Positions 1 to 9,793 are shown, counted from the stretch's first letter. The stretch is 64,000 bases of DNA from Patescibacteria group bacterium (GCA_036278915.1 DASUKB010000002.1:30152-94151); one strand, 5' to 3'. Numbers and translations: made by a program. The notes: generated by a model not told the origin, from the letters alone.

Positions 1-37
1 TATAATATATTTCATTTAACTGTTGGGCTTGCTGCTT

Positions 38-1640
38 TTACTTATTTAAGCTTTCAGCAATACTATCAGCAATTTGTTGCTTTTTAATACCCATATAAGA
101 ATTTGGCACGTACATTATTTTCACATTTATTCTATTCTGTAAGTACATTGAGGCTTTATTAAGTTGCTCCGCATTCAAGTCAATATTCTGGTCTTGCATA
201 TAGAATCTTATAGCCTTCTCAGCGATTTTAAAATCGCCGTCACCATTTTCTATAAGAACATAGTAGGTTTGATCACTCGAAACAGAAGTACCTTGTAACG
301 AACTGGGCTCTTCAAGATTAGATGTACTCGCTCCTAAAATCTGAGTTCCACTAAGATCTGGCTTGGTCAATTCTTGATAAGCTATTGATATCACATCCAT
401 TGGTTCATAAGTCCGGCCAAAAGCTACTTTTTGAGCCATGCTACTCGATCCTAGCAGTACAACTACGACAACTGCAGTAATAAAGCTTACCTTCCCAAGC
501 ATTCTGTGAATATTGGCAATCCCCCAGTGGCTAACATTATTAGGATTATGTTTCATTCTAATTCTTCCGAAATTGCCACTTTTTTTAACGGTAACCACGT
601 AACGGTAAATTCCACACCAAAGTAGTACCGTTACTTGGAATAGCGCATAAATAGGAAAAATCAGCATCCATTTGCTTCTTACTTTCCAATTAGCAAAATA
701 TGTTAACACGGCGTATATCAGCATTAAAATTGGTAAAAGAATAATGTGTGATAGCAGCTCGTATAATTTAAGTGGTAACAAAAAATATATGATAAAGGTG
801 AAATAAATAAAGTGAAAGGGGTGATGTAAATTAGTATCCATGTTTATTACTGAATGCCTAAATGCACCGCACATCCAGGAAAATCTTTGTTTTATCCATT
901 TGCGAGTAGTTTCTGGGACATCGGTTTTAAAAACCATTGGAATATGTCCTACTTTATACCCCATCATATGTGCAAGCTTACCGATCTCGATGTCTCCACC
1001 GTTGAAGAACAATGAATGATTTTTCATTATACTAATCATTGTCTCTCTTTTCGCGATCATTCCGGCTCCACTAGTCAACCATGGGTAAAGCAACCTTGCT
1101 TGCATGGCAATGTCATATTCAACACCCTGTAATTTTTCGATTAAGGTCTTTCTTTTCCCGGGTAAAATTTTAACAGAAGCCAAGTCCCAATCCTTTTCGA
1201 CCATAGCCCCGCACAATTTTTTTACATCTCCTTCAACAGTAGTATCACCATCTATAAAGATGACATATTTTTCCTTAATATTGATAATACTTTCTTTCAA
1301 GACTGCATCATGTGCAAGTAGCGTTTTATTATAAATTGCCCAAGGGTTTTTAACACCCCCCCCCTAAATTAGATATAGTTATGCGGAAGCCGTACTTTTT
1401 CCGGAGTTCGTTAAGGGAATTACGGAATTCTTCAGTCTCATGGTTTGTAGTACAGAGGACTACCTTTCTTCCGAATTGCTTTATAAAATCAAGGTTCGTA
1501 AGATACTTAGTGTCGTTAAATATCGGCAAAAGAATAGCAAAATCAGTTGACTTCTTTTCAACTTTTTCTAAATCTAATGGTTTAATGAAATTGGAACGAG
1601 CAGTTCCAAAATCAAAAATTGTTAACCAAGGGAAAATCAT
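38..1640 (-). pseudogene. Processive family-2 glycosyltransferase with DxD 'DGD', a Q-R-F-S-W (QxxRW-type) motif, C-terminal TM helices and an extracytoplasmic tail. It is split into a 96-aa N-terminal ORF (1350..1640) and a 420-aa C-terminal ORF (38..1300) by a +/-1 frameshift inside a G9 run (plus-strand C9, 1356..1364).
   Basis: The N-terminal ORF ends ...ISNLGGGC* reading GGG codons through the homopolymer. The other frame continues ...GGGVKNPWAIYNKTLLAHDAVLKESIINIKEKYVIFIDGDT without a stop, so the 'TTG start' of the 420-aa ORF is an in-frame Leu. The GT2 hallmarks are ILLPIFND, FIDGDT and KQRFSWMCG. Confidence 0.6.
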
Positions 1641-1651
1641 AAATGATGCTA

Positions 1652-4531
1652 TTATTTTGCTTTAATTTTTTCTTTCAGCGCCTTGGCCAGGTACTGGCCG
1701 GTGTAGCTTTTGGAAACTTTTGCCACTTCTTCCGGTGTGCCCACGGCCACGATCTCCCCGCCCTTGTGTCCGCCTTCAGGACCCAAATCCACTATCCAGT
1801 CGGCGGATTTGATGACATCCAAGTTGTGTTCAATCACGAGCACGGTATTGCCTTTCTCCACCAGCCGATTCAAAACGCCAAGCAGCCGTTTGACGTCGTC
1901 GAAGTGCAGGCCAGTGGTGGGCTCATCCAATATGTAAAGCGTACGTCCGGTGGAGGCGCGCGAAAGTTCTGTGGCGAGCTTAATGCGCTGAGCTTCGCCG
2001 CCGGAGAGCGTAGTCGCCTGCTGGCCAAGGTGCATATAGCCCAAGCCGACCAGGGACAAAGTTTCCAGTTTGCGCGCAATCAGCGGAACGGCGCGGAAAA
2101 AAATGTGCGCCTCGTCCACTGTCATTTCCAGAACGTCAGAAATAGTTTTGCCTTTGTAGTGGATGTCCAAGGCTTCTTTGTTGTAGCGTTTGCCTTTACA
2201 TTCCTCGCAGGTGACGTAAACATCGGGCAAAAAGTGCATCTCTATTTTTATAACGCCATCGCCGCCGCAAACTTCGCAGCGCCCGCCTTTGACGTTGAAA
2301 CTGAATCGCCCGGCTTTGTACCCGCGCATTTTGGCTTCGGGAGTAGACGCAAACAGATCGCGTATATAGGTAAAGACTCCGGTGTAAGTGGCGGGGTTGG
2401 AGCGGGGCGTACGTCCGATAGGACTTTGGTCAATGTCTATGACCTTGTCTATATTTTCTATGCCGAGCAGTTTCTTGTGCGCGCCAGCCGCGTCTTTGGC
2501 ATTATAGAAATAAGCAGACAATGCCTTGGCAAGAATTTCGTTCATAAGCGTGGATTTGCCGGAGCCGGACACGCCAGTGAGCACGACAAATTTGCCCAAT
2601 GGAATATCCAAGTCCACGTTTTTGAGATTGTGCTCGGTGGCGCCTACGATGCGGATAGTCTTGCCATTGCCGCGTCGGCGCGTGGATGGCACGGGGATGT
2701 TTGCATTACCCGAAAGATACTGGCCGGTGAGCGACTTCGGGTCTTTGGCAATTTCCGAAGGCGTGCCCTCGGCCACCAGTTCCCCGCCGTGCTTGCCCGC
2801 GCCCGGACCGATGTCTATAACCCAGTCCGAGGCCTCTATGGTTTCCTGGTCATGCTCAACCACGATGACCGTGTTGCCCAGGTCGCGCAAATTTTTGAGA
2901 GTCTTAAGCAGGCGGTCGTTGTCGCGCTGGTGCAGACCGATGGATGGCTCATCCAATATGTACAGCACGCCGGTAAGGCCGGAACCGATTTGCGTGGCCA
3001 GGCGAATGCGCTGCGCTTCGCCGCCGGAGAGCGTGTCCGCGCTGCGGTCCAAAGTTAAATAATTTAAACCCACGTCCTGCAAAAATTTCAAGCGGGCCAC
3101 AATTTCTTTGAGCACCTGGTGCGAGATTTTGGCATCTTTTTCGGAAAATTTCTTGGGCAAGCCGGCGGCAAACGAGACTGTGTCGTCTATGGACAGCGAA
3201 GCCACATCAATAATTGATTTGTCGTCTATGGTCACGGCCAAAAATTCCGGCTTAAGCCTCATGCCTTTGCAAGTCGGGCAAGTTTTAACGCGCATATACT
3301 GTTCAATTTCCCCGCGCATATAGTCCGAATCCGTCTCGCGGTACTTGCGCATAAGGTTTGGAATGACGCCTTCAAAAGACGTAAACCGTTCGTAGCCGGA
3401 CTCGTCCTGTAGTTTAACTTTTTGGTCGCCGGTGCCATAGAGGATGGCGTCCACGACTTTCTTGGGCAAATCCCGCACCGGAGCATTTATGGAAAATCCA
3501 TAGTTTTTGGCAACTGAATCCAAAACCCTCATATACCAGCTCATGCGCGAAGTTGTTTTGCTCCAGGGACGCACTGCGCCCTCGGCCAGGGTCAGTTTTG
3601 GATTCGGGATCACCAGTTCCGGCACGATCTCAAGCCGGGTGCCCAAACCAGTGCAGTCGGTGCAGGCTCCGTGCGGCGAATTAAATGAAAAATTCCGCGG
3701 GTTGAGTTCCGGCAAGCTCATGTGCCCCAGTGGACAGGCAAAATTTGAGGACAAGAGGATTTCTTCATCTGTTTTATGACTTTTAACTTCTGCCTTCTCA
3801 CTTCTGACTTCCGACTTCTGAATTATTACCGTGTCATTGCCCAGATCCAAAGCCGTCTCCAGCGAATCGGCCAGGCGGGCGCGGTCGGATGAATCAAGGC
3901 TGATGCGATCCACGACAATTTCTATGGAATGTTTTTTCTTCTTATCAATATTGATGCGCAAAGCTTCCGACAAATCCATGACGGTGCCGTCAAAACGGAC
4001 GCGGGTGTAACCGGTTTTGCGCGCCTCCTCCAGGAGATGCTTGTGTTCGCCCTTCTGGTCGGAGATGACGGGTGAAAGGATTACAATTTTGGAATCCTTG
4101 GGCCAAGACAAAACCTGGTCTACCATTTGCGTCACGCTCATGCCCGCGATGCGCCGGCCGCAGACTGGACAGTGTGGCACGCCCACGCGCGCGTACAGCA
4201 GGCGCAGGTAGTCATAAATTTCCGTAACCGTACCCACGGTGGAACGGGGGTTGTGAGAAGCGCTCTTTTGGTCTATGGAAATGGCCGGCGATAAACCTTC
4301 AATCTTGTCTACGTCTGGCTTGTCCATAAGCCCGAGGAACTGCCGGGCGTAAGCCGACAAGCTCTCCACGTAACGGCGCTGGCCCTCGGCGTATATGGTA
4401 TCAAACGCCAGGGAAGATTTGCCTGAACCCGAAAGACCCGTGATGACCACGAGCTTGTCTCTAGGAATATCCACATCAATATTTTTGAGGTTGTGTACCC
4501 GCGCCCCGCGGACCACGATCTTGTCGGTCAT
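1652..4531 (-). CDS. uvrA: Excinuclease ABC subunit A (UvrA), 959 aa
   Basis: Two ABC ATPase modules ([20 protein letters not shown]), zinc-finger Cys clusters and LSGGEAQR signature motifs. Confidence 0.97.
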   Translation of the reverse strand: MTDKIVVRGARVHNLKNIDVDIPRDKLVVITGLSGSGKSSLAFDTIYAEGQRRYVESLSAYARQFLGLMDKPDVDKIEGLSPAISIDQKSASHNPRSTVGTVTEIYDYLRLLYARVGVPHCPVCGRRIAGMSVTQMVDQVLSWPKDSKIVILSPVISDQKGEHKHLLEEARKTGYTRVRFDGTVMDLSEALRINIDKKKKHSIEIVVDRISLDSSDRARLADSLETALDLGNDTVIIQKSEVRSEKAEVKSHKTDEEILLSSNFACPLGHMSLPELNPRNFSFNSPHGACTDCTGLGTRLEIVPELVIPNPKLTLAEGAVRPWSKTTSRMSWYMRVLDSVAKNYGFSINAPVRDLPKKVVDAILYGTGDQKVKLQDESGYERFTSFEGVIPNLMRKYRETDSDYMRGEIEQYMRVKTCPTCKGMRLKPEFLAVTIDDKSIIDVASLSIDDTVSFAAGLPKKFSEKDAKISHQVLKEIVARLKFLQDVGLNYLTLDRSADTLSGGEAQRIRLATQIGSGLTGVLYILDEPSIGLHQRDNDRLLKTLKNLRDLGNTVIVVEHDQETIEASDWVIDIGPGAGKHGGELVAEGTPSEIAKDPKSLTGQYLSGNANIPVPSTRRRGNGKTIRIVGATEHNLKNVDLDIPLGKFVVLTGVSGSGKSTLMNEILAKALSAYFYNAKDAAGAHKKLLGIENIDKVIDIDQSPIGRTPRSNPATYTGVFTYIRDLFASTPEAKMRGYKAGRFSFNVKGGRCEVCGGDGVIKIEMHFLPDVYVTCEECKGKRYNKEALDIHYKGKTISDVLEMTVDEAHIFFRAVPLIARKLETLSLVGLGYMHLGQQATTLSGGEAQRIKLATELSRASTGRTLYILDEPTTGLHFDDVKRLLGVLNRLVEKGNTVLVIEHNLDVIKSADWIVDLGPEGGHKGGEIVAVGTPEEVAKVSKSYTGQYLAKALKEKIKAK

Positions 4532-4624
4532 ATATGATAGTGCTTTCGGATTAGCAAATTAGTTACGGCGAGAATGCCCTCCCAAAAAAACTTTGGGAAG
4601 GCTTTAAATTAGCCAGGACAGTAT

Positions 4625-4660
4625 AAACGAAAAAAACCGCCCTGGCAAGGTACCGGGGCG
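4625..4660 (-). terminator. Rho-independent terminator for the 135-aa membrane-protein gene. On the minus strand it reads cccgcgccgccccggtaccttgccagggcgg followed by TTTTTTT.
   Basis: GC-rich imperfect hairpin with a U-run on the minus strand between 4674 and the uvrA start. Confidence 0.45.
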
Positions 4661-4673
4661 GCGCGGGTGAATT

Positions 4674-5081
4674 CTAGTGCTGCAGGCTGGCTTGGAATTT
4701 CCGGTATTCGTAGAAATGCCGGATCTTGCGCTGAATGGGTACGAGGCTCATCAGACCAAACCAGATGAGACTGGGCGCAAACCGGAACCGGAAGCAGACG
4801 GGGAACCAATGCGCCAGGCCCATCATCACAAACGGGGCCAGGATCACGAGGCTTATCTGGACGAAAGCTGGGAAGACGTTCTTGTCGTCGTCCTTGCTAT
4901 ACCAAAACCAGAGGACCGTGACCTCAGCCAGAAGCACCACACCCCAGAGGGCGGACATGGGCGGGTAAGCAAACAGCCACATGGGAGCATGGGTCAACTG
5001 AGCGTAGCCTATGGCAAGCACGGTCACCACAGCCCAGAAGAGCGCGACCACAATAATTCCCTTCACAACATGCATAATCAT
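4674..5081 (-). CDS. Hypothetical small integral membrane protein (135 aa, about 4 TM helices)
   Basis: Hydrophobic ORF with its own downstream terminator; it diverges from uvrC. The long + ORF 4677..7088 overlapping it is only the untranslated upstream extension of uvrC. Confidence 0.5.
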   Translation of the reverse strand: MIMHVVKGIIVVALFWAVVTVLAIGYAQLTHAPMWLFAYPPMSALWGVVLLAEVTVLWFWYSKDDDKNVFPAFVQISLVILAPFVMMGLAHWFPVCFRFRFAPSLIWFGLMSLVPIQRKIRHFYEYRKFQASLQH

Positions 5082-5123
5082 TCCTCCTTAGACGCAACTT
5101 ATGCAAAAAAGTATAATACTCTT

Positions 5124-7088
5124 ATGCAAAAATTGCTAGCCCAGAAAATCTCCGAGCTGCCGGCCAGACCCGGCGTGTACCGCTTTTATGATCAAGCCGG
5201 TCTTTTACTTTACGTTGGCAAAGCCAATAAGCTCAAAAACCGCGTCTCCTCTTACTTCAAACCAGACTACAGCAGCAACCGCGGGCAGAGAATCGAACTT
5301 ATGATCTCGCAGATTGCGGATTTGGACTACACTGTGGTCCGCAACGAAGTTGAAGCTTTGGTTTTGGAAAATAATTTCATCAAAAACCTCAAACCCAAAT
5401 ACAACGTCCGCATGCGCGACGACAAAAATTATATCTTTCTCAAAATTAATGCCGCAGACGAAATCCCAACTATAGACTACGAACACCAACGGTTAGACAA
5501 ATCCGCCAAATATTTCGGGCCGTACACGTCCTCACTGGCCATAAAAGACACACTGCGCCTGCTGAGGCGTGTATTCCCCTACTGCGCCAATTCCAAAGTA
5601 ACTTCCAAACCCTGTTTTTATTATCACATCGGCAAATGCCCAGGAGTCTGCTTTGGCAAAATTTCAACCGAGGATTATCGTAAAAATTATATCGGCAAAA
5701 TTGTCCAGTTCCTGGAAGGGCGGGAACAGGAAGTCCTCCAGAACCTCAAATCGGAAATGAAAATATTTGCGAAGTCTCGCCAATACGAAAAAGCTGCGCG
5801 GGTGCGGGATCAAATTTTTGCGCTTAATCGCGTCCTGGAGCGGCAAAAATTGGTTTATTCAACCAAAGTCAGCCAGGATGTATTTTCTCTGCATTGCGAA
5901 TCTGTGGCCGTGGTCAATTTATTCATAGTCCGCGAGGGCAAACTCATTCAAAAAGAAAATTTTGTCCTGGAAAACACCCGGCAAGTGCCAGCGGAGGAAA
6001 TTTTGCAAAGTTTTTTGGAAAGATACTACCTAGATGCCACGAATTTGCCGAAAGAAATTTTGGTTCCGTTCTTGATTGATGACACCGAATTAAAAACAGT
6101 TTTTATTGCTCTTGATAATAACCCCTCCCAACCTCCCCTTACATTAAGGGGAGGGGCGACCAAAACCAAACTGCAGCCTGGTTTTGATTTACCCCCTCTT
6201 ATATTAAGAGGGGGTGCGTCAGGCAAGGGTTCGCGGGGGAGTTATTTACCAAAGATCTCTGTGCCTGTGAAAGGCGAACGCCTGAAACTTCTGCAGCTCG
6301 GCACGGAAAATGCCAAACATTATCTGGAGGCCGCATCCGACAAGCACCTCCTGGAAGAGACGCGGCTTTTGGCGTCGCTTAGAGAACTGCAACGGGTGCT
6401 GGAATTGCCGGCCCTCCCCTCGCGTATGGAGTGCTTTGATATTTCAAACATTCAGGGCACAAATGCTGTGGGATCCATGGTCGTGTTTGACTACGCCCGT
6501 CCGAAAAAAAGCGACTATCGCAAATTTAAAATCCAACGGAAGAACACTCCGGACGACTTTGCGATGATGCGCGAGATGCTGGCGAGAAGGTTCAAACATT
6601 CGCTCCCGTCACCCCCGCCCGAACGACCAGGTCGGGCGGGCCTCTCCCCTCACCCCTGGCCTTTGCCTGACCTCATCATTATAGACGGCGGAAAGGGACA
6701 GCTGAGCGCGGCCACGGCGGCAATTTCGAATTCCGAATTTCCTAATTCTAAACAAATTTCTATCATTGGGCTGGCCAAAAGGCTGGAAGAAATATTTTTG
6801 CCCGGCAGAAAAGATCCGATCCGCCTGCCCGATAATTCCCCTGCTTTGTTTTTGCTGCAACGCATCCGCGATGAAGCCCACCGGTTTGCCATCACGTACC
6901 ACCGCAAACTCCGATCTAAATCCGCTGTAACCTCGGTCCTGGACCAAATCTCAGGCATCGGTCCGGCCAAAAAGAAAAAGTTGCTGGACAAATTCGGGTC
7001 AGCAGCCAAACTGAAGACAGCGAGCCTCACGGACATCGCCGAGGTCGTAGGCAGTCGTGTTGCAGAAAAAATAAAGGCCTCATTGTAA
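5124..7088 (+). CDS. uvrC: Excinuclease ABC subunit C (UvrC), about 654 aa, carrying in-frame palindromic insertions
   Basis: GIY-YIG N-terminus (GVYRFYD...LLYVGKA), UvrBC-interaction region, PDLIIIDGGKGQL endonuclease motif and C-terminal (HhH)2 (GIGPAKKKKLL). The ATG at 5124 lies in frame in the long ORF, and a TATAAT sits at 5112..5117, suggesting a leaderless start. Confidence 0.93.
   Translation: MQKLLAQKISELPARPGVYRFYDQAGLLLYVGKANKLKNRVSSYFKPDYSSNRGQRIELMISQIADLDYTVVRNEVEALVLENNFIKNLKPKYNVRMRDDKNYIFLKINAADEIPTIDYEHQRLDKSAKYFGPYTSSLAIKDTLRLLRRVFPYCANSKVTSKPCFYYHIGKCPGVCFGKISTEDYRKNYIGKIVQFLEGREQEVLQNLKSEMKIFAKSRQYEKAARVRDQIFALNRVLERQKLVYSTKVSQDVFSLHCESVAVVNLFIVREGKLIQKENFVLENTRQVPAEEILQSFLERYYLDATNLPKEILVPFLIDDTELKTVFIALDNNPSQPPLTLRGGATKTKLQPGFDLPPLILRGGASGKGSRGSYLPKISVPVKGERLKLLQLGTENAKHYLEAASDKHLLEETRLLASLRELQRVLELPALPSRMECFDISNIQGTNAVGSMVVFDYARPKKSDYRKFKIQRKNTPDDFAMMREMLARRFKHSLPSPPPERPGRAGLSPHPWPLPDLIIIDGGKGQLSAATAAISNSEFPNSKQISIIGLAKRLEEIFLPGRKDPIRLPDNSPALFLLQRIRDEAHRFAITYHRKLRSKSAVTSVLDQISGIGPAKKKKLLDKFGSAAKLKTASLTDIAEVVGSRVAEKIKASL
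6122..6156 (+). repeat. Palindromic element copy 1 inside uvrC: arms cctcccctta / taaggggagg (6132..6141 and 6145..6154, 3-nt loop), preceded by a cccctcccaacc module. It encodes NNPSQPPLTLRGGA.
   Basis: Perfect 10-bp inverted repeat read directly from the sequence; in frame. Confidence 0.8.
6192..6214 (+). repeat. Palindromic element copy 2 inside uvrC: ccccctctta-tat-taagaggggg, encoding LPPLILRGGA.
   Basis: Perfect 10-bp inverted repeat with a 3-nt loop, 37 nt downstream of copy 1; identical arms to the intergenic copy at 11576..11598. Confidence 0.8.
6613..6639 (+). repeat. Third in-frame palindrome inside uvrC: cccgcccga-acgaccagg-tcgggcggg, encoding PPPERPGRAG, within a proline-rich insert before PDLIIIDGG.
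   Basis: Perfect 9-bp inverted repeat; flanking sequence is C-rich (cacccccg, tcccctcacccctgg). Confidence 0.6.
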
Positions 7089-7278
7089 TTTATTACCCCC
7101 AACAATGAGTCTGTAAGGCGGGCAGTACGAAAATGTTTGAAGCGAGGACGGCGGTTTTTGAGGACAACTTGCGAAGACCTTCCAATGTCGAGCACTTTAG
7201 TCCCGTGCCAAGCGGGACGTGTCCGAAAAAACTGTCTGTCCGAGCGATAATATAAATGAACCGCGCCCAAAAAGCTCA

Positions 7279-7307
7279 TTGACACCTCCCTACTTTTCTG
7301 GCAGAAT
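7279..7307 (+). promoter_or_regulatory. Sigma70-like promoter upstream of secG: TTGACA-17 nt-CAGAAT
   Basis: ttgaca at 7279..7284, a 17-nt spacer, then cagaat at 7302..7307, about 60 nt before the secG ATG. Confidence 0.35.
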
Positions 7308-7366
7308 AGTTAAGCAAATTAGCCAAATTTTTTTACTTCTAACTTCTCACTTTTAACTTTCATTTT

Positions 7367-7594
7367 ATGCATATTTCACAAAACGTTCTGACATTTATCC
7401 TAATTGCCGTGGATGTGGTGCTAGTTATCTGCATCCTTGTCCAACAAAAAGAGGGCGGCCTTTCCACTGTCTTTGGCGGCGAAGGCACAGTCTTCCGCTC
7501 CAAGCGCGGACTGGCCCGCGGGTTGCACTACTTCACCATTGCCCTAGCCATCATTTTTATCGGGCTGTCCGTTTTGGTTCTGTTCATCTCCTAA
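7367..7594 (+). CDS. secG: Preprotein translocase subunit SecG (75 aa)
   Basis: Two TM helices flanking a Gly-rich loop (QQKEGGLSTVFGGEG), the typical SecG architecture and size. Confidence 0.7.
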   Translation: MHISQNVLTFILIAVDVVLVICILVQQKEGGLSTVFGGEGTVFRSKRGLARGLHYFTIALAIIFIGLSVLVLFIS

Positions 7595-7601
7595 TCTACT
7601 C

Positions 7602-9392
7602 ATGGTAAGTTTGTTCAAAAAGTTGCGAAGCTTTTTGGGATCCGCCTGGCGAGGATTGCGCGTGCTGCCGAAGCTGCGCAGCCGCCACTTGCCCCAGATC
7701 CTAGAGAGCTTCACCAAAAAAGACCTGGCCGCTGTTGCGGCTTTTGCGTTAATACTGGCATTATCCGGCACATACCTTATACGCGCGGAATTTTTCGGCT
7801 CTTCATCGGGCATCCCCGACTACGGCGGCGAGCATGTCGAAGGCCTCATCGGCCAGCCGCGATTTATAAATCCGGTGTTGGCGGCCTCATCTAGCGTGGA
7901 TTCGGATTTGTCGCGCCTGGTGTATGCGCCTCTGCTGCAGTTTGACCAAAACCTCAATCTTGTGCCGGCTTTGGCCGACGCCTTGCCTCAGATTTCCGCA
8001 GACCAAAAAACTTACACCCTGAAACTAAAAAGTAATCTCAAATGGCAGGACGGCCAGCCGATTAACGCCGACGACATCGTCTACACGATCGAGACGATAC
8101 AGGATCCGGACTACGAATCGCCTCTGGCTGCCAATTGGGAGCGGGTCAAGATTGAGAAAATTGATGATCTGACCGTGCAATTTACTCTGCACGAGGTCTC
8201 GGCTTCATTTATATCCAACTTCACGCTCGGGATTTTGCCTAAACATGTCTGGAGCAGTCTTAGTCCAAACAGTTTCCGGCTGGCTTCGCAAAACCTACAG
8301 CCAGTGGGCTCGGGTCCGTATGCTGTCCACGAGATCAAAAAAACTTCCGACGGCAAAATCACAGCGATAACGCTTATGGCCAACAGCAATTTTTATGATG
8401 GCACGCCCTACATCACCTATTTCACGTTTAAGTTTTACGATGACGAAACTTCGCTTTCGTCTGCCTACCAGGCCAAAGACATCCAAGCGATAGGCTTTGT
8501 GCCTTTTGACAGCAAAACGTTCGTACAAGACGGCAACCGAGCAAGCCAGTATCAGATAAATTTACCGCAATACCAGGCCGTGTTCTTCAACCTGCCAAAG
8601 AATTCCATCCTGGGCGATCTTTCCGTGCGCCAGGCGCTCTGGCTTGCCACAGATCGCGCGCCTATCATTGACCAGGTTTATCTCGGACTGGCCAAGCCAG
8701 CCTATGGGCCAATCCTGCCCGGGAATTTGGGATACAGCGACGCGGCCAAAAATGCCGCGCATACGAGTGTGGGTGAAGCCGCTGGCATTTTGGACAAAGC
8801 CGGCTGGATACTGGACCCATCCACCAATACTCGCTACAAAATGGTTACGACTGGTACAGGCACTAGCAAAACCCAGACTCGCGTCAATTTGGAATTCAAT
8901 CTTGCCACGAGCGTGTCGCCGTTAAATGTAAAAACCGCGGAAATTTTGGAACAGCAATGGGCGCAAATCGGCGCTACCGTGCACTCGGTGGTGGTTTCGG
9001 CCTCCGACCTGCAAGACAACTACATCCGCCCTCGCAACTTTGACGCGTTGCTGTTTTCCGAAAACACAGGGCCGGACCCCGATCCGTTTCCGTTCTGGGC
9101 CTCATCACAGGCCCATGACCCCGGTCTGAATTTGTCAGGGTTTTCCGATGCCACCGTGGACAAACTGCTCACAGACGCGCGCCAAACCAACGACACCAAT
9201 GTCCGAGCGCAGGATTATCAGCAGTTCCAGGATATCATCAACCAGCAAATTCCCGCGATATTTCTGGACAGCGCGCAGTACGTGTACACCCTGCCAAAAA
9301 AGGAACAGGGCTTTGAACTAACGACTATGATCTATCCGTCCGAACGCTTCCTGGATGTCCAACATTGGTATATAGAGACAAAAAGAAAATAA
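7602..9392 (+). CDS. Extracellular solute-binding protein, family 5 (peptide/nickel-type ABC substrate-binding protein), membrane-anchored
   Basis: N-terminal TM anchor then an SBP_bac_5-like domain (YTLKLKSNLKWQDGQPINADDIVYTIE...); translationally coupled 8 nt after secG. Confidence 0.65.
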   Translation: MVSLFKKLRSFLGSAWRGLRVLPKLRSRHLPQILESFTKKDLAAVAAFALILALSGTYLIRAEFFGSSSGIPDYGGEHVEGLIGQPRFINPVLAASSSVDSDLSRLVYAPLLQFDQNLNLVPALADALPQISADQKTYTLKLKSNLKWQDGQPINADDIVYTIETIQDPDYESPLAANWERVKIEKIDDLTVQFTLHEVSASFISNFTLGILPKHVWSSLSPNSFRLASQNLQPVGSGPYAVHEIKKTSDGKITAITLMANSNFYDGTPYITYFTFKFYDDETSLSSAYQAKDIQAIGFVPFDSKTFVQDGNRASQYQINLPQYQAVFFNLPKNSILGDLSVRQALWLATDRAPIIDQVYLGLAKPAYGPILPGNLGYSDAAKNAAHTSVGEAAGILDKAGWILDPSTNTRYKMVTTGTGTSKTQTRVNLEFNLATSVSPLNVKTAEILEQQWAQIGATVHSVVVSASDLQDNYIRPRNFDALLFSENTGPDPDPFPFWASSQAHDPGLNLSGFSDATVDKLLTDARQTNDTNVRAQDYQQFQDIINQQIPAIFLDSAQYVYTLPKKEQGFELTTMIYPSERFLDVQHWYIETKRK

Positions 9393-9420
9393 CCGACAAG
9401 TCGGTTATTTTTATATACAA
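9393..9420. terminator. Bidirectional intrinsic terminator aaccgac-aagt-cggtt followed by ATTTTTAT
   Basis: Hairpin immediately after the SBP stop, with T-runs on both sides. Confidence 0.5.
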
Positions 9421-9424
9421 ATTC

Positions 9425-9510
9425 TGGTGGGCGTGGAGAGATTTGAACTCTCAAGGACGTAAGTCCACACGCTCCTGAAGCGTGCGCGTATGCCAGTTCC
9501 GCCACACGCC
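9425..9510 (-). tRNA. tRNA-Leu(CAG), 86 nt with long variable arm and encoded CCA
   Basis: Minus-strand read: acceptor GGGCGUG/CACGCCC, anticodon stem CACGC/GCGUG with loop UUCAGGA (anticodon CAG, G37), variable arm UGGACUUACGUCCUU, T-arm GAGAG-UUCAAAU-CUCUC, A73-CCA. Confidence 0.85.
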
Positions 9511-9555
9511 CGATATGGAGGATTATAAATCAATTTCCGGACAAACGGAAGAGTC

Positions 9556-9586
9556 ATTGACAAGAGCGGCCAGGTAGTATATACTG
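9556..9586 (+). promoter_or_regulatory. Sigma70-like promoter TTGACA-17 nt-TATATA(CT), about 210 nt upstream of rnj
   Basis: ttgaca at 9556..9561, a 17-nt spacer, then tatata at 9579..9584; this implies a long rnj leader. Confidence 0.4.
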
Positions 9587-9793
9587 GCTTCACCAAGAAA
9601 TTGGCAAAATTGAAACAAAAGTGCGAAATATACCTTAATTGGCACGAAAAAGTCCGTAAATCTACTATAGATTTCTTTGTGTTAATTAAGCCTCTGGTGC
9701 CCTAAGGCCTGCCTTAGCCCAAGCTTACCAAATATTTATTTATTTCCCTGAAACACACAGGGGGAAAGTTTTTTTGCTTCGTCATCTCATTTA

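Noticed and set aside
1643-3058. 471-aa + strand ORF (and several 60-180-aa ORFs) antisense to uvrA
   Set aside because: Fully embedded antisense to a strongly conserved gene in GC-rich sequence with a low-complexity Ala/Gly/Arg-rich product; a typical shadow ORF.
4677-5123. 5' 149 codons of the 803-aa ORF containing uvrC
   Set aside because: UvrC homology begins at the Met at 5124, which sits right after a TATAAT. The upstream extension overlaps the minus-strand membrane-protein gene and has no UvrC-like sequence.
6650-7285. 211-aa minus-strand ORF overlapping the uvrC 3' end and the uvrC-secG spacer
   Set aside because: Antisense to the conserved (HhH)2 domain of uvrC; low-complexity product; no independent support.
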